A stretch of DNA of 63,700 nucleotides, counting the filler, from Candidatus Tectimicrobiota bacterium (lineage in GTDB: Bacteria > JACPSX01), in assembly GCA_016193065.1 (NCBI GenBank). It is 5 parts of 5 records of this genome, joined end to end, with 100 filler letters (N's around TTAATTAATTAA, not from the genome) between each part and the next. Parts side by side here need not be neighbours in the genome. Positions count along the whole stretch, not along the records: positions 25,699 to 32,639 come from JACPSX010000271.1; positions 32,740 to 49,719 come from JACPSX010000055.1; 3 more parts are not named here. One strand, written 5' to 3'. The notes beneath the pieces are model-generated. The model was not told the origin of the DNA, did not search any database, and saw only the letters and a list, made by a program, of their open reading frames with translations. This document shows, piece after piece, positions 29,355 to 40,086 of the stretch; the first letter of the stretch is position 1; each line of letters begins with the position of its first letter. The translations under genes were made by a program, and so were the position numbers.

Positions 29355-30113
29355 TCATTCCAGGTCACCGACGCGGGTCAGGAGTTGGTCGACGATTTCC
29401 TGCTGGATGCGGAAGATCTCCGGATTGCGGTAATCTCGGGGGCGAGGCAAGGGGATCTCACGGGAGGTGAAGATCTCGGCCGGGCGATTTGTCATGACAT
29501 GCACCACGTCCCCTAAATAGACGGCCTCTAGAGCGTTGTGGGTGATGAAGAGGACCGTCAGGCGCTCCTTTTCCCAGAGATCGAGGAGATCGCGGCGCAA
29601 CTGCCGCGCCGTCAGCTCATCCAGGTTGCTGAAGGGTTCGTCCATAAGCAGGACGTCCGGGTGGATGGCAAAGGCCCGGGCGATCCCGACCCGCGACTGC
29701 ATCCCCCCGGAGAGGGTCAGGGGGTAGACACCCCTGAACTTTTCCAGCCCTACCATCTTGAGATAGCGATCCACTATGGCGGGCCGTTTCTCCCGGGGCA
29801 CCCCTTTGACCCGGAGAGCGAAGTCGATGTTGTCGGCGACGGTCCGCCAGTTCAGCAGACGCGGTTCCTGAAAGATATAACCGATGTTCACCGATTTGGG
29901 ATCCTGCCCCTCGAATTCAATGGCTCCCCCGCTGGGCGAGAGAAGTCCGACGATCATGTTGAGCAGGGTGGACTTGCCGCAACCCGAGGGACCCAGAAGG
30001 CAGGCAAATTGCCCCTCTCTGACCGTGAGGTTCACGTCCTTCAGAACCGCCAGGGAATGCCCGTTTGGGGTGGAAAACGAATGGGAAAGATGGCGGATGT
30101 GAATGGTGGCCAT
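29355..30113 (-). CDS. NitT/TauT-family ABC ATP-binding protein
   Basis: GPSGCGKST, FQEPRLLNW, LSGGMQSR and MDEPFSNLD. Confidence 0.92.
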   Translation of the reverse strand: MATIHIRHLSHSFSTPNGHSLAVLKDVNLTVREGQFACLLGPSGCGKSTLLNMIVGLLSPSGGAIEFEGQDPKSVNIGYIFQEPRLLNWRTVADNIDFALRVKGVPREKRPAIVDRYLKMVGLEKFRGVYPLTLSGGMQSRVGIARAFAIHPDVLLMDEPFSNLDELTARQLRRDLLDLWEKERLTVLFITHNALEAVYLGDVVHVMTNRPAEIFTSREIPLPRPRDYRNPEIFRIQQEIVDQLLTRVGDLE

Positions 30114-30122
30114 CTCTGTCCC

Positions 30123-30959
30123 CTAAGCCTGCGCCATGGCGAAAGCTTCTTTCGTTTCAGGACGCCAGCGGGTAATGCGGCGTTCGATGGGATAGATCAC
30201 GCCGAATTCCAGCAGCAGCATGATCAGGGTGAATGACAGAGTCCAGGCCATCACCTTCATCATGGAAAAGAGGCCGAACCAGTGGCTGATCTGGTGGCCG
30301 ATTCCCTTGTCGAGCCCTACCATCTCCGAGATGACGACCACCTTCCAGGCCAGGGAAAGGCCCAGGCGTGTCCCCGACAGGAGATAGGGAATGAGCTGGG
30401 GAATAACGATCTCGCGAACGATCGTCCGGCGGGGGGCTCTCAGGGTGCGCGCCATCTGCACAAGCTTGGTGTCCAGGGCCTTGGTCCCCTCCCAGATGTT
30501 CAGGGTGATCATCGGGGAGGTGACAATTATGATGGAAAAGATGGCCGCGAAGTCCGTGAGCCCAAACCAGAGGACGGAGATCACGGCCCACATGAGGCCG
30601 GGGATCGTGAGACCGATCAGGATCTCCATCTTCCAGAAGGTCTCCATCTGACGGTTGATCCCCATCCCGACCCCGATCAGGATTCCTACGAGCAGAGCTC
30701 CGGCAACGCCTCCGAGAACTCGCATGAGCGTGTAGTACATGTCGGTGAAGAATTCCCCGCTCCTGAAGATCTCCCAGGAAGTCCGGGCCACGGCCATGGG
30801 GCCGGGGAGGATAAACTCGGGGAAGAACGGGGCAATCGCGGCCCATAGCCCAAGGAGAACCATCACCGAGAGGGCGTAGAGGTGGAGGTTCCTGAACCTC
30901 CCGGATCTCGTCCGGTCAGGAACCGAGGCAGGGATAGCCTCCGGCAGCGTTGGTTTCAT
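30123..30959 (-). CDS. NitT/TauT-family ABC permease
   Basis: TM helices, ILPGP and AWKVVVISEM. Confidence 0.9.
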   Translation of the reverse strand: MKPTLPEAIPASVPDRTRSGRFRNLHLYALSVMVLLGLWAAIAPFFPEFILPGPMAVARTSWEIFRSGEFFTDMYYTLMRVLGGVAGALLVGILIGVGMGINRQMETFWKMEILIGLTIPGLMWAVISVLWFGLTDFAAIFSIIIVTSPMITLNIWEGTKALDTKLVQMARTLRAPRRTIVREIVIPQLIPYLLSGTRLGLSLAWKVVVISEMVGLDKGIGHQISHWFGLFSMMKVMAWTLSFTLIMLLLEFGVIYPIERRITRWRPETKEAFAMAQA

Positions 30960-30972
30960 CGCAGTCCGACTC

Positions 30973-31998
30973 TCAGGCCGAGATCGGGTTCAGGAAACCC
31001 TCGGGGTACCGCTTGAGGATGCCCACCTTGACCGCCTGCTGTAAATAAAACTCGGCCTCTTTTGCGCCATTGGGTCCCCACTCCCATAGGAAGGTATCCT
31101 TGATGCGCTCGGAGGCAATCTCGATCTCTTTTTCCGTGTTAAGTCCCAGGGCCTTTTTCATCCAATCCTTCTGTAGAAATCCCTTCATGTCCTTGGTGAA
31201 CAGCTCGAGGGCTTCGTTCCGGGCTTTGATGAAAGCCACCACGGCCGCGCGGTCATTGCGGATCGTGTCTTCGTGGGCCCCCAGGCCTCCCACCGGAAAC
31301 AGGGTGTAACCCGTGATCTCCTTCCATTCTCTGAAAAAGGGTTTCCCAATGATCTTGTACTTCCCCGTCGCCAGAAGTTTGGACAGGCTGGCTTCAATGG
31401 CGAGCCCGGCGTCGAGTTCTCCTTTTTCCACCAGAGCGGCGGCCAGGGGAGGCGTCACCCTGCGCAGGCGGAATTGCTTTTCCGCATCGATCCCCTTGGC
31501 CTGGGCGATCATCAGCAGCCCGGCGCTTGCCTCCGAGGGCAGGCCGAACCACCCCACGTTCTTGCCGATAAGGTCTTCCATGCGCCGGTAGGGGGCGTCC
31601 GCGCGGACAATCAGGCTGGTGTGGTTCTGGTTGTTCGGGCTCACGTACTGAACGGGACGGCCCTCCAGGCGGCCGATGGATCCCGAGATGAGGGCAAAGG
31701 CGCCGGTCATGTCAATCTTACCGAGCAGGAACTGGGTGTGCTGAGCATTGAGGTCGTCAAACGGCTTGAACTCCAGGTTCACTCCGTACTTCCCGCCCAG
31801 GTTCATCTGCGTGATAATGGAGGACGGGATGGCGGAGGTTCCCGTGTTCACGATGCCGACGACGTACTTTTTCTGGGCGAAGGCTCTTGCCGGAGCGAGC
31901 AGGGACCCTCCCAGTCCCAGCAGGAGGGCGCCGGCAGTTCCGCCCAAAAATTCCCGACGGTTCATGCCTGCAAAGCTATTCGTGGTGGTTGTTCCCAT
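30973..31998 (-). CDS. NitT/TauT-family substrate-binding protein with a Tat signal
   Basis: MNRREFL twin-arginine motif and DLIGKNVG. Confidence 0.85.
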   Translation of the reverse strand: MGTTTTNSFAGMNRREFLGGTAGALLLGLGGSLLAPARAFAQKKYVVGIVNTGTSAIPSSIITQMNLGGKYGVNLEFKPFDDLNAQHTQFLLGKIDMTGAFALISGSIGRLEGRPVQYVSPNNQNHTSLIVRADAPYRRMEDLIGKNVGWFGLPSEASAGLLMIAQAKGIDAEKQFRLRRVTPPLAAALVEKGELDAGLAIEASLSKLLATGKYKIIGKPFFREWKEITGYTLFPVGGLGAHEDTIRNDRAAVVAFIKARNEALELFTKDMKGFLQKDWMKKALGLNTEKEIEIASERIKDTFLWEWGPNGAKEAEFYLQQAVKVGILKRYPEGFLNPISA

Positions 31999-32096
31999 GA
32001 AGAACCTCCTCTCCTTGGGTTCGCGAAAGAAGCACGGTTGCACCCAACTTGCCTATCAGTGAATAATACTGGCTATATACCACAAAAACCTTCTCC

Positions 32097-32639
32097 TTAA
32101 AATATCTCCTTTCCCAGGCCCTTTTCCTTGGCCCGTTTCAGGACCCATGCCCCCAGCGCAACGTCCCAGACTCCGGAGCCCGCCGAGAGAAACAGGGTCA
32201 GTTCATCGCGACCTTGACGGCCGGGCTTTGCTCCCGCAACGATTTCAGCCAGGCTATCAATTTTGTCCGGATTGAGAGCTCCGGTTGCCACCATCGTAGC
32301 AGCCGGTTCCCAGGGCGGATTGTCGTGCAGGATTTGTTCTCTAAGCTCGGCTGCGATGCGATTTGCTTTCGCCAGAGTGTCCGTATCCAGCTCGCCTCTG
32401 CCGATGGAATTGATATGGACGCCTGTTTCAAGCCAGGCACTGGAAAAAACCGGTTCGCCGTGGTTGGTGACCGTCACGATCACTTCGGCCCCCTTCACTG
32501 CCTCCTGCGGGGAGTCTGCCGGAATCATCTCCACCCCCAGGACCGGTTCCATCTCCCTGCAAAAAGCCACCCGGTGTTCTCTGGTTGGACTGTACACTCT
32601 TACCTGTTTTATCGGCCGAACCGCGCAGACGGCGGCCAC
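32097..32639 (-). CDS. Ornithine cyclodeaminase/mu-crystallin family protein (5' end truncated)
   Basis: VRVYSP, GVHINSIG and LTLFLSAGSGVWDVA. Confidence 0.85.
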   Translation of the reverse strand: MAAVCAVRPIKQVRVYSPTREHRVAFCREMEPVLGVEMIPADSPQEAVKGAEVIVTVTNHGEPVFSSAWLETGVHINSIGRGELDTDTLAKANRIAAELREQILHDNPPWEPAATMVATGALNPDKIDSLAEIVAGAKPGRQGRDELTLFLSAGSGVWDVALGAWVLKRAKEKGLGKEIF

Positions 32640-32739
32640 NNNNNNNNNNNNNNNNNNNNNNNNNNNNNNNNNNNNNNNNNNNNTTAATTAATTAANNNNN
32701 NNNNNNNNNNNNNNNNNNNNNNNNNNNNNNNNNNNNNNN
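32640..32739. other. Artificial contig linker
   Basis: N-run + TTAATTAATTAA + N-run. Confidence 0.98.
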
Positions 32740-34187
32740 TTCCGGTCTTCCGCGGCGACCGTCAACAAGTGGCGGGGCTGGTCGCGATCAGTTACTTCCT
32801 TCCGGAGGGGCTGGCCACCAAGGTCTACGACATCAAAGAGGCATTTGAGGAATACAAGCAGAAGAAGATCTTCAAGGCTCCGATCAAAGCGCAGTACGTG
32901 GTGCTTTTCCTGATGTTCACGCTCTTGATCGTGTTCTCGGCCACCTGGTTTGGTTTTTATCTGGCCAAGGGGATCACGGTTCCCATCCAGGAACTGGTGG
33001 AAGGAACCCGGGCCATCGCGGGCGGCAAGCTGGACTTTACCATCAGCGCGCGTGCTGACGACGAGATCGGCATGCTGGTGGACTCCTTCAACAAGATGAC
33101 CGCGGATCTTCACCGCAGCCAGCAGGAACTCGAGCGCACGAACGCGGACCTGCGCCAGACCAATGTGGAGTTGGACCAGCGCCGCAGCTACATGGAAACG
33201 GTCCTGGAAAACATCACGACGGGGGTTCTCTCTCTGGATCCGAAGGGCCGGATTACCACCTTCAACCGGGCCGCCGAGCGCATCCTGGGGATCGATGCGG
33301 CCAGCGCCAAGGGGCGGCACTATCGGACCGTTTTCCGCTCCGATCACATGGATCCCGTGCGGGCTCTCATGAAAAAGATGAACGAAAACGGAGCCACGAG
33401 CACGACGGCCCAGATGCAGCTCTCTTCCGGGGGGCGAAAGATCACCCTGATCACCAGCGTGACTCACCTGCAGGACCGGGAGGGGAACTTCCTGGGAATG
33501 GTCATCGTGTTTGACGATTTGAGCGAGCTCATCAAGGCCCAGAGGACCGCGGCCTGGCAAGAGGTGGCCCGGGGAATTGCTCACGAGATTAAGAACCCCT
33601 TGACCCCCATTCAGCTCTCCACCCAGAGACTCCGCAAGAAGTTGGTGGAGGTCATCAAAGGGATGGTTGACGAGTTTTCGAAATTCGCCCGCATGCCCCT
33701 GCCGAACCCCAAACCCAACAATCTGCATCAGATCATTGAGGACGCCACGGGCCTGTACCGGACTTCCGTGCGAAAAATCGAGATCACCTCGTCCTACGAT
33801 CCGAATGTGCCTGTCATGGAGCTGGATCGCGAGCAGATGCAAAGGGTGTTCATCAACCTGCTGGAGAACTCGGTGGATGCCACACAGGGGAAGGGACGCA
33901 TCGAGATCCGGACCTCCCTGGACGCGCAGCGCCAGAGGGTCTCCATCGAGGTGAGTGACGACGGGGTCGGCATTCCCGCAGAGGACCGGGACAAGCTCTT
34001 TGCGCCGTACTTTTCCACGAAGAAGAGGGGTACGGGATTGGGACTTGCCATCGTCCAGCGAATCGTGGCGGATCATAACGGCACGGTCTACGTGCAGGAT
34101 AACAAACCCCGCGGCACGAAATTCGTGATTGAACTTCCTCTGGGACCCCACAAGGCCCAAGCCAGCAAGAAGATCATTTCGGTCTAG
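32740..34187 (+). CDS. ntrY: NtrY-like HAMP-PAS histidine kinase (5' end truncated; short in-frame deletion near 33643)
   Basis: TM, HAMP (DEIGMLVDSFNKM), PAS, AWQEVARGIAHEIKNPLTPIQLS and GTGLGL. Confidence 0.88.
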
Positions 34188-34200
34188 GGGAGGAAGCATC

Positions 34201-36402
34201 TTGAAAAAGGGCAGTATTCTGATCGTCGATGACGAGAAGTCCATCGTTTCCTCCCTGGAGGGAATTTTGGAAGACGAGGGCTTTCAGGTGATCAGCGCCA
34301 AGGATGGTCAGCAGGCCCTGCAGATTATCCGGGGGCAAAACCCCGACCTGGTCCTCCTGGACATCTGGATGCCGGGAATGGACGGCATCGAGGCTCTGCA
34401 GGCCATCAAGAACCTGAGGGCCGACCTGGGAGTCATCGTCATGTCCGGCCACGGCAGCATCGATACGGCCGTCAAGGCCACCAAGCTTGGTGCTTTTGAT
34501 TACATCGAGAAGCCTCTCTCGATGGACAGCCTCCTCCTTACCGTGAAGCACGCCCTGGAACAGCAGCGGCTTTTGCGACAGAATGTGGAGCTGAAGCGCA
34601 GAGCCAACAAGGGGGAGAATCTGGTCGGCGAGAGTTCCCGGACCCTGGCGGTCCGCAAAAGGGTTGCAGCCGCGGCCCGGCGGGATGACCCGGTCATGAT
34701 CCTGGGTGAAAACGGGACCGGAAAGGAACTGGTGGCGAGGCTGATCCATCGGGAAAGCGGGCGGCGGGATGCCCCGTTTGTCAAGCTGAACTGCTCGAGT
34801 CTCCCCGCCGAGGATTGGAAACGAGTCTTGTGGGGGGCCGAGGGAGCCGCCTCCAAAGAAGGGGAATTCACCCAGGGGAAGCTCGCCCAGGCCGAAGGGG
34901 GCACCCTGTTCTTGGACGACGTGGAATATCTGGGGCCGGAGATCGAGGCGGCCCTGGCCCGCTCTCTGAAGAGCAAAACCTTTACCAGGGCAGGCAGGTC
35001 CGAAACTCTCCCCCTGGACGTGCGGATTATGGCCGCCACCACCAAGCCCTGGACCCGCGGAGATCTGGTCGGCAACCTGTCCTCCGAGTTCCTGGCCTTG
35101 TTTTCCTCTGCGCCGATCCAACTGCCTCCGCTGCGCCAGCGCAAGGAGGACATTCCCGCGCTGGTAGATCATTTTCTCCGGGAACTGGCGGAGGAATACG
35201 GCAGGGGGAGCAAGGAGATGGATGAAGCGGCCATGCAGATTCTGATGAATCATGACTGGCCCGGCAACGTGAAGGAGCTGCAGAACATCCTGGAGCGGAT
35301 CTTCATCACAGTACCCTGGGCCCGGATTTCGCGGGAGGATATCCCCGCCGCGATCCGCAAGAACCCGGCACTGGCCGGAAACGGGTCCGCGTGGGACGGC
35401 GCGCAGTCACTGAAGGATGCCCGCAGGTTGTGGGAGCGGGAATTCATCGGCTACAATTTGCGCCGCCATCGCGGCAGCCTGGCCAAAACGGCCGGGGAGC
35501 TTGGGATTTCTGTTCCCAGCCTGGAGCAGAAGATCAAATCTCTGAAAATCTTCGTTCCCAGGAGGGGTGAGTTCCAACCTCAAAGGAGCCTGAAGAGAAG
35601 CGTGGTGCTGTGCGGACAGGGGCTCCACTCCGGACTCAAGGGCGGGTTGATACTGAACCCCCTGCCTCCCAACAGCGGGATCCATTTCGGGAACATCACC
35701 TCGGGCGAGAGTATCCCGGCCTTGGTGGATTACGTCTATTCAGCGGAGTACGCGACCTCTTTGCGAAGGGGCGTTGTGATTGCCCGCACCATCGAGCACT
35801 TGATGGCTGTCCTGCACATGTACGGAATCTCGAACCTGCTGGTCAAGATCAACGATGAGGTCCCCATCATGGATGGCTCGGCGCTGGACCTGTGCCAGTT
35901 GATCGAGGATGGCGGCGTCGAGGAACAGGGGGCGGAGGCGGAGGAGATCATCGTGAAGGAAACCGTCACCGTGGGCAATCCGCAAAACGGCGGCAAGCAC
36001 ATCCGGATCGAGCCCGCGCAGACTCTTAGTGTCACCTATATCCTGGACTATCCTCGTCCGATCGGTCACCAGGAGTTTACCTTTACCCCCTGCGGAGTTG
36101 AGGACTTCAAGCGGGAAATCGCTCCGGCGCGGACCTTCGGCTTTCTCAAGGACATCGAGAAGCTGGAACAGATGGGGCTGGGAGGAGGGGGCCGCCTGCA
36201 CAACGTGATCCTGGTGGATGAGGACAGAATCATCAACGCCCCCTTGCGGTTTCCCGATGAGTTCGTGCGCCACAAGATCCTGGACGTGCTCGGGGATCTC
36301 TACCTGCGGGGGAAGCGGATCCGGGGGAAGGTCACGGCCTGCATGACAGGTCACGCGGACAACGTGGAGTTGGTTAGGCGGATCGGGGCGGCTCAGCTAT
36401 GA
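34201..36402 (+). CDS. lpxC: Fusion of an NtrX-like receiver, degenerate sigma54-type AAA+ and HTH with LpxC (UDP-3-O-acyl-GlcNAc deacetylase)
   Basis: Receiver [36 protein letters not shown]; then [41 protein letters not shown] and GH. TTG start after GGAGG. Confidence 0.88.
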   Translation: MKKGSILIVDDEKSIVSSLEGILEDEGFQVISAKDGQQALQIIRGQNPDLVLLDIWMPGMDGIEALQAIKNLRADLGVIVMSGHGSIDTAVKATKLGAFDYIEKPLSMDSLLLTVKHALEQQRLLRQNVELKRRANKGENLVGESSRTLAVRKRVAAAARRDDPVMILGENGTGKELVARLIHRESGRRDAPFVKLNCSSLPAEDWKRVLWGAEGAASKEGEFTQGKLAQAEGGTLFLDDVEYLGPEIEAALARSLKSKTFTRAGRSETLPLDVRIMAATTKPWTRGDLVGNLSSEFLALFSSAPIQLPPLRQRKEDIPALVDHFLRELAEEYGRGSKEMDEAAMQILMNHDWPGNVKELQNILERIFITVPWARISREDIPAAIRKNPALAGNGSAWDGAQSLKDARRLWEREFIGYNLRRHRGSLAKTAGELGISVPSLEQKIKSLKIFVPRRGEFQPQRSLKRSVVLCGQGLHSGLKGGLILNPLPPNSGIHFGNITSGESIPALVDYVYSAEYATSLRRGVVIARTIEHLMAVLHMYGISNLLVKINDEVPIMDGSALDLCQLIEDGGVEEQGAEAEEIIVKETVTVGNPQNGGKHIRIEPAQTLSVTYILDYPRPIGHQEFTFTPCGVEDFKREIAPARTFGFLKDIEKLEQMGLGGGGRLHNVILVDEDRIINAPLRFPDEFVRHKILDVLGDLYLRGKRIRGKVTACMTGHADNVELVRRIGAAQL

Positions 36403-37375
36403 TTACCTACCGCGACGCCGGGGTAGATCTGAATGCGGCCGGGGCCCTGGTCGGCAAAATTGCGGCTCTGGCCCGATCCACGTTTCGCCCCGAGGTCCTG
36501 ACGGATATCGGGGGGTTTGCCGGACAGTTTCGGCTTCCCGCCGGATACCGGGAGCCCGTGCTGGTGGCCTCCACGGACGGGGTTGGCACCAAGGTGAAAA
36601 TTGCCCAATCTCTGGGCCTCCACCATACGGTGGGCATCGATTTGGTGGCCATGTGCGTCAACGATATTGCCGTCCAGGGGGCCGAACCCTTGTTCTTTTT
36701 GGATTATCTGGCCACCGGCCGGCTCGATCTGGGGGTGGTCGAGAAGATCATCGAAGGGATCGTGCGGGGGTGTAAGCAGGCCGGGTGCGCCCTGCTGGGC
36801 GGGGAGACGGCCGAGATGCCCGGGCCATCGATGGTCGTTTCATCGAAAAGGGGGACACCGTCGTGGGGATTCCTTCCAGTGGGCTCCACAGCAACGGCTA
36901 TTCCCTGGTGCGGAAGGTGCTGGAGACGGCCGGCCTTCATCTGGAAGAGGTTGTGTCTGGGCTGGGGCGGAGTCTCGGGGAAGAGCTCCTGGAGCCTACC
37001 CGCATCTACTCCCCCCTGATGCAAGGCCTGATGGCACGCTGCCCGATCCGCGGGGCGGTTCACATTACAGGAGGGGGGTTGATCGAGAACATTCCTCGTA
37101 TCTTGCCCCGGGGGTTGGGAGTCGATCTCGACCCGGGGAAGTGGAGGATCCCGCCAATCTTCGAGCTGTTGCGGGAAAGGGGCGGCATCCCGCGCGAGGA
37201 AATGTTCCGCGCCTTCAATATGGGGGTCGGAATGGTCTTGATCCTGTCCGGCAAGGATGCTGGCGAGGGTCGGGAATGGCTGCAGGGGCAAGGAGAGGAG
37301 TCCTTCCTCATCGGGGAGGTCATCGAACTGCCGGAGTCGGAGACCTGTCGGGTAAAGATCTCGGGAGGAACATGA
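36399..37375 (+). pseudogene. purM: AIR synthetase PurM, frameshifted by an internal deletion as assembled (probably artefact)
   Basis: [16 protein letters not shown] and GGETAEMPG in one frame; [17 protein letters not shown] and FNMGVG in another. Junction near 36822. Confidence 0.88.
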
Positions 37376-38028
37376 ACATTGCAGTGCTGGCCTCGGGGCG
37401 CGGGACAAACTTGCAGGCTCTCATTGATGCGACAGAGGCGGGAAAGATCTCGGCCCGGATCGTTCTGGTAGTCAGCGACGTGGAGAGTGCCTATGCTCTG
37501 CAGAGAGCTGCCCGTCACGGGATCGAGACGCGAGTTCTCAGGCCCAAGGAGTTTCCCGACCGGGTCCGCTTCGAGGAAGAGATGGTCCGGGTTTTGCGTT
37601 CCCGACAGGTGGGCTTGATCTGCCTGGCGGGATTTATGCGGATTCTAGGGTCCACGGTGATCGAGAACTTCCGGGGCCGCATCATGAACATCCACCCCGC
37701 CCTTTTGCCGTCTTTTCCGGGGCTCCACGGCCAGCGGCAGGCACTGGAGTATGGGGTGAAGATTTCGGGCTGCACCGTCCATTTTGTCGATGAGGGGGTG
37801 GACACGGGGCCGATCATCATCCAGGCGGCCGTACCGGTCTTTTCCGGGGATACAGAAGAAAGCTTGTCCAGCCGGATCCTGGAGCAGGAGCACCGGATCT
37901 ACCCCCTGGCCGTGCAGGCGTTTGTGGAAGGAAGACTGAAGATCGAAGGGAGGCGCGTGCATTTTCGGGGAGAAGAGTCCTCGCGAAGCGGGGAGGTCGT
38001 ATTGTCCCCTGTCCCGCAACAGCCTTGA
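37372..38028 (+). CDS. purN: Phosphoribosylglycinamide formyltransferase
   Basis: LASGRGTNLQA, LAGFMRIL, NIHPALLP and GCTVHFVD. Confidence 0.96.
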   Translation: MNIAVLASGRGTNLQALIDATEAGKISARIVLVVSDVESAYALQRAARHGIETRVLRPKEFPDRVRFEEEMVRVLRSRQVGLICLAGFMRILGSTVIENFRGRIMNIHPALLPSFPGLHGQRQALEYGVKISGCTVHFVDEGVDTGPIIIQAAVPVFSGDTEESLSSRILEQEHRIYPLAVQAFVEGRLKIEGRRVHFRGEESSRSGEVVLSPVPQQP

Positions 38029-38112
38029 GAGTTCTCAATAGAGACCCATATCATATCCGGAGTGGAGGATGTGAGAGGGTTGGCGCAGACGCAGAGAGGA
38101 TAGGTTGACGAT

Positions 38113-38835
38113 ATGAGGCGTGGATGGTTTAATAAATTCAGCTTTGGCCTTGTGCTGGTCTCGGGTGCTGTGCTTCTGCCGGGGGCGGTAGGACGAGCCT
38201 CCGGTCCCCTTTCCCTGGCGGAAATTGTTGAGCGTGTTCAAAAGGTATACGAGCTGACTGAGGATATTTCGGCGGATTTCGCGCAGGTTTCAACCTTGAA
38301 GTCCCTGGCGGTGACGGGACCTGCCGGCGGACAGCACGAGCAACAGGCAGCGGGAAAAGTGCGAATCAAGAAGCCGGGCATGATTCGCTGGGATTATTCG
38401 AAGCCGGAGGCCCAGGTGTTGCTCAGCGACGGGAAGGTCCTGTGGCGTTACGCGTCGTCCGAAAAGGTGGCTTATAAGGATAGCCTGGCCGCGACCGGGA
38501 AAACGCCCCTTTCTTTCCTGACAGGCACGGGGAAAATCGAGGAGGATTTCAAGACCCGCCTTGTAAGTAACAAGGAGAATGTGGATCCGCGCACGTATCT
38601 GGTCGAGTTGGTTCCTAAAGAACCCTTGCCCACCGTGGAGAAGCTCTTCCTCGATGTGGACCGGGACAGCTTCTGGATCAAGCGGGTTACTTTCTGGGAT
38701 CATTTTGGCAACAAGACGGCGTTGGGATTCTCCAACATCCGGTTGAATGTGGGGCTTTCCCCCTCACTGTTCCGGTTTACCCCTGCGCCGGGGGTACGGG
38801 TGGAATCCCTGCAGGGGATTTCGATTTGGCGTTGA
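38113..38835 (+). CDS. lolA: Outer-membrane lipoprotein carrier LolA family
   Basis: ADFAQ, KKPGMIRWDY, SDGK and FRFTPAPG. Confidence 0.88.
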   Translation: MRRGWFNKFSFGLVLVSGAVLLPGAVGRASGPLSLAEIVERVQKVYELTEDISADFAQVSTLKSLAVTGPAGGQHEQQAAGKVRIKKPGMIRWDYSKPEAQVLLSDGKVLWRYASSEKVAYKDSLAATGKTPLSFLTGTGKIEEDFKTRLVSNKENVDPRTYLVELVPKEPLPTVEKLFLDVDRDSFWIKRVTFWDHFGNKTALGFSNIRLNVGLSPSLFRFTPAPGVRVESLQGISIWR

Positions 38836-38903
38836 GAAGCCGCGGGTTAAATCAAATTTCTGCCCGTTCCCTCGGTCAGAGATTCAATGGTAGGGGATGG
38901 TAA

Positions 38904-39968
38904 ATGACCACGATCTTGAGTGCTGTCCTGGCCCTGGGGATTTTGATTTTCGTGCACGAACTGGGGCATTTCCTGGTGGCCCGCCGCCTGGGTGTGGGGG
39001 TTGAGAAGTTTTCCCTTGGTTTTGGCCCGAAACTGCTGGCCACACGAAGGGGGGAAACCGAGTACCGCATTTCTGCGGTTCCCCTGGGCGGATATGTGAA
39101 GCTTGCCGGCGAGAATCCCGATGAGGAATGTGCCGATCCGAAGAAGTCTTTCTCGGAAAAGCCTGTGTGGACGCGGATCGCCATTGTTTTGGCCGGACCG
39201 ATCTTTAACCTCCTGTTTGCGGCTGTTCTTTACGTGACGGTCTTCATGGTCGGAGTGCCCGTGTTGACGACGGAGATTCGCGGGGTGGCTCCGGGGTCTT
39301 CTGCTATGCAGGCGGGGCTGCAAAAGGGGGACCGGATCGTGGCGGTTGGCAATATCCCGGTCCAGGAATGGGAGGAGCTGGCCGACGTTATTCACCGGAG
39401 CGCGGGGAAATCGTTGGATTTCAAGGTGCGGCGGGGGGAAAATGAGTTTCATGTACCGATTACTCCCCGGGCGGATTCGGTGAAGAACATTTTCGGTGAA
39501 GAGATCGTGGTGGGCCGGATCGGTATCGAGGCGGGCGGCAAGTTCGTCACGAAGCGTTATAACCCACTGGCAGCTCTGGGAAAAGGGCTGGAGCGCACCT
39601 GGGTCATCATTAAGCTTACGGTGCAGAGCATCGTGAAAATCATTTCTCGCGTCATCCCTGCCAGCACGATCGGGGGGCCGATTCTCATTTTCCAGATGGC
39701 CGGGGAGACAGCTCGATTAGGGCTGATCAGCTTGGTCCACTTCGTCGCCCTGCTGAGCATCAACCTGGGGATCCTCAATTTGCTCCCGATTCCCGTTCTG
39801 GACGGGGGCCACATCGCCTTTTTTGCCCTGGAGGCCATCAAGGGGAAGCCCATCAGCTTACGAAAGAGGGAAGTTGCCCAGCAGGTAGGCTTGGTTTTGC
39901 TGATTTCGCTCATGGTCTTTGCGTTTTACAACGACCTTGTGCGGCTTTTCCTGGGATCCGCCCAGTAA
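38904..39968 (+). CDS. rseP: RIP metalloprotease RseP
   Basis: HELGH, a PDZ domain and NLLPIPVLDGG. Confidence 0.95.
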   Translation: MTTILSAVLALGILIFVHELGHFLVARRLGVGVEKFSLGFGPKLLATRRGETEYRISAVPLGGYVKLAGENPDEECADPKKSFSEKPVWTRIAIVLAGPIFNLLFAAVLYVTVFMVGVPVLTTEIRGVAPGSSAMQAGLQKGDRIVAVGNIPVQEWEELADVIHRSAGKSLDFKVRRGENEFHVPITPRADSVKNIFGEEIVVGRIGIEAGGKFVTKRYNPLAALGKGLERTWVIIKLTVQSIVKIISRVIPASTIGGPILIFQMAGETARLGLISLVHFVALLSINLGILNLLPIPVLDGGHIAFFALEAIKGKPISLRKREVAQQVGLVLLISLMVFAFYNDLVRLFLGSAQ

Positions 39969-40028
39969 TCTTTTGTCTTGAAAATAAGTGGAAAGGTAGT
40001 AAAATTGACATGTTCAATATCCGCTTTG

Positions 40029-40057
40029 AAAAAGTGGGCCGGTGCCCACTTTTTTTG
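40029..40057 (+). promoter_or_regulatory. Terminator-like leader hairpin upstream of the rimP-nusA-infB operon
   Basis: aaaagtgggc-cggt-gcccactttttt, a stem plus T-tract of the kind usually found before rimP. Confidence 0.7.
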
Positions 40058-40086
40058 TTCCTCTTTGATTGGCTGAGAGCTCAGCG

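Noticed and set aside
34201-35560. Calling the NtrX-like part a functional sigma54 activator
   Set aside because: It lacks GAFTGA, the Walker B glutamate and the arginine fingers.
36399-37375. Programmed frameshift in purM
   Set aside because: A conserved segment after GETAEMPG is missing and there is no slippery site, so this is a deletion (likely assembly) rather than recoding.
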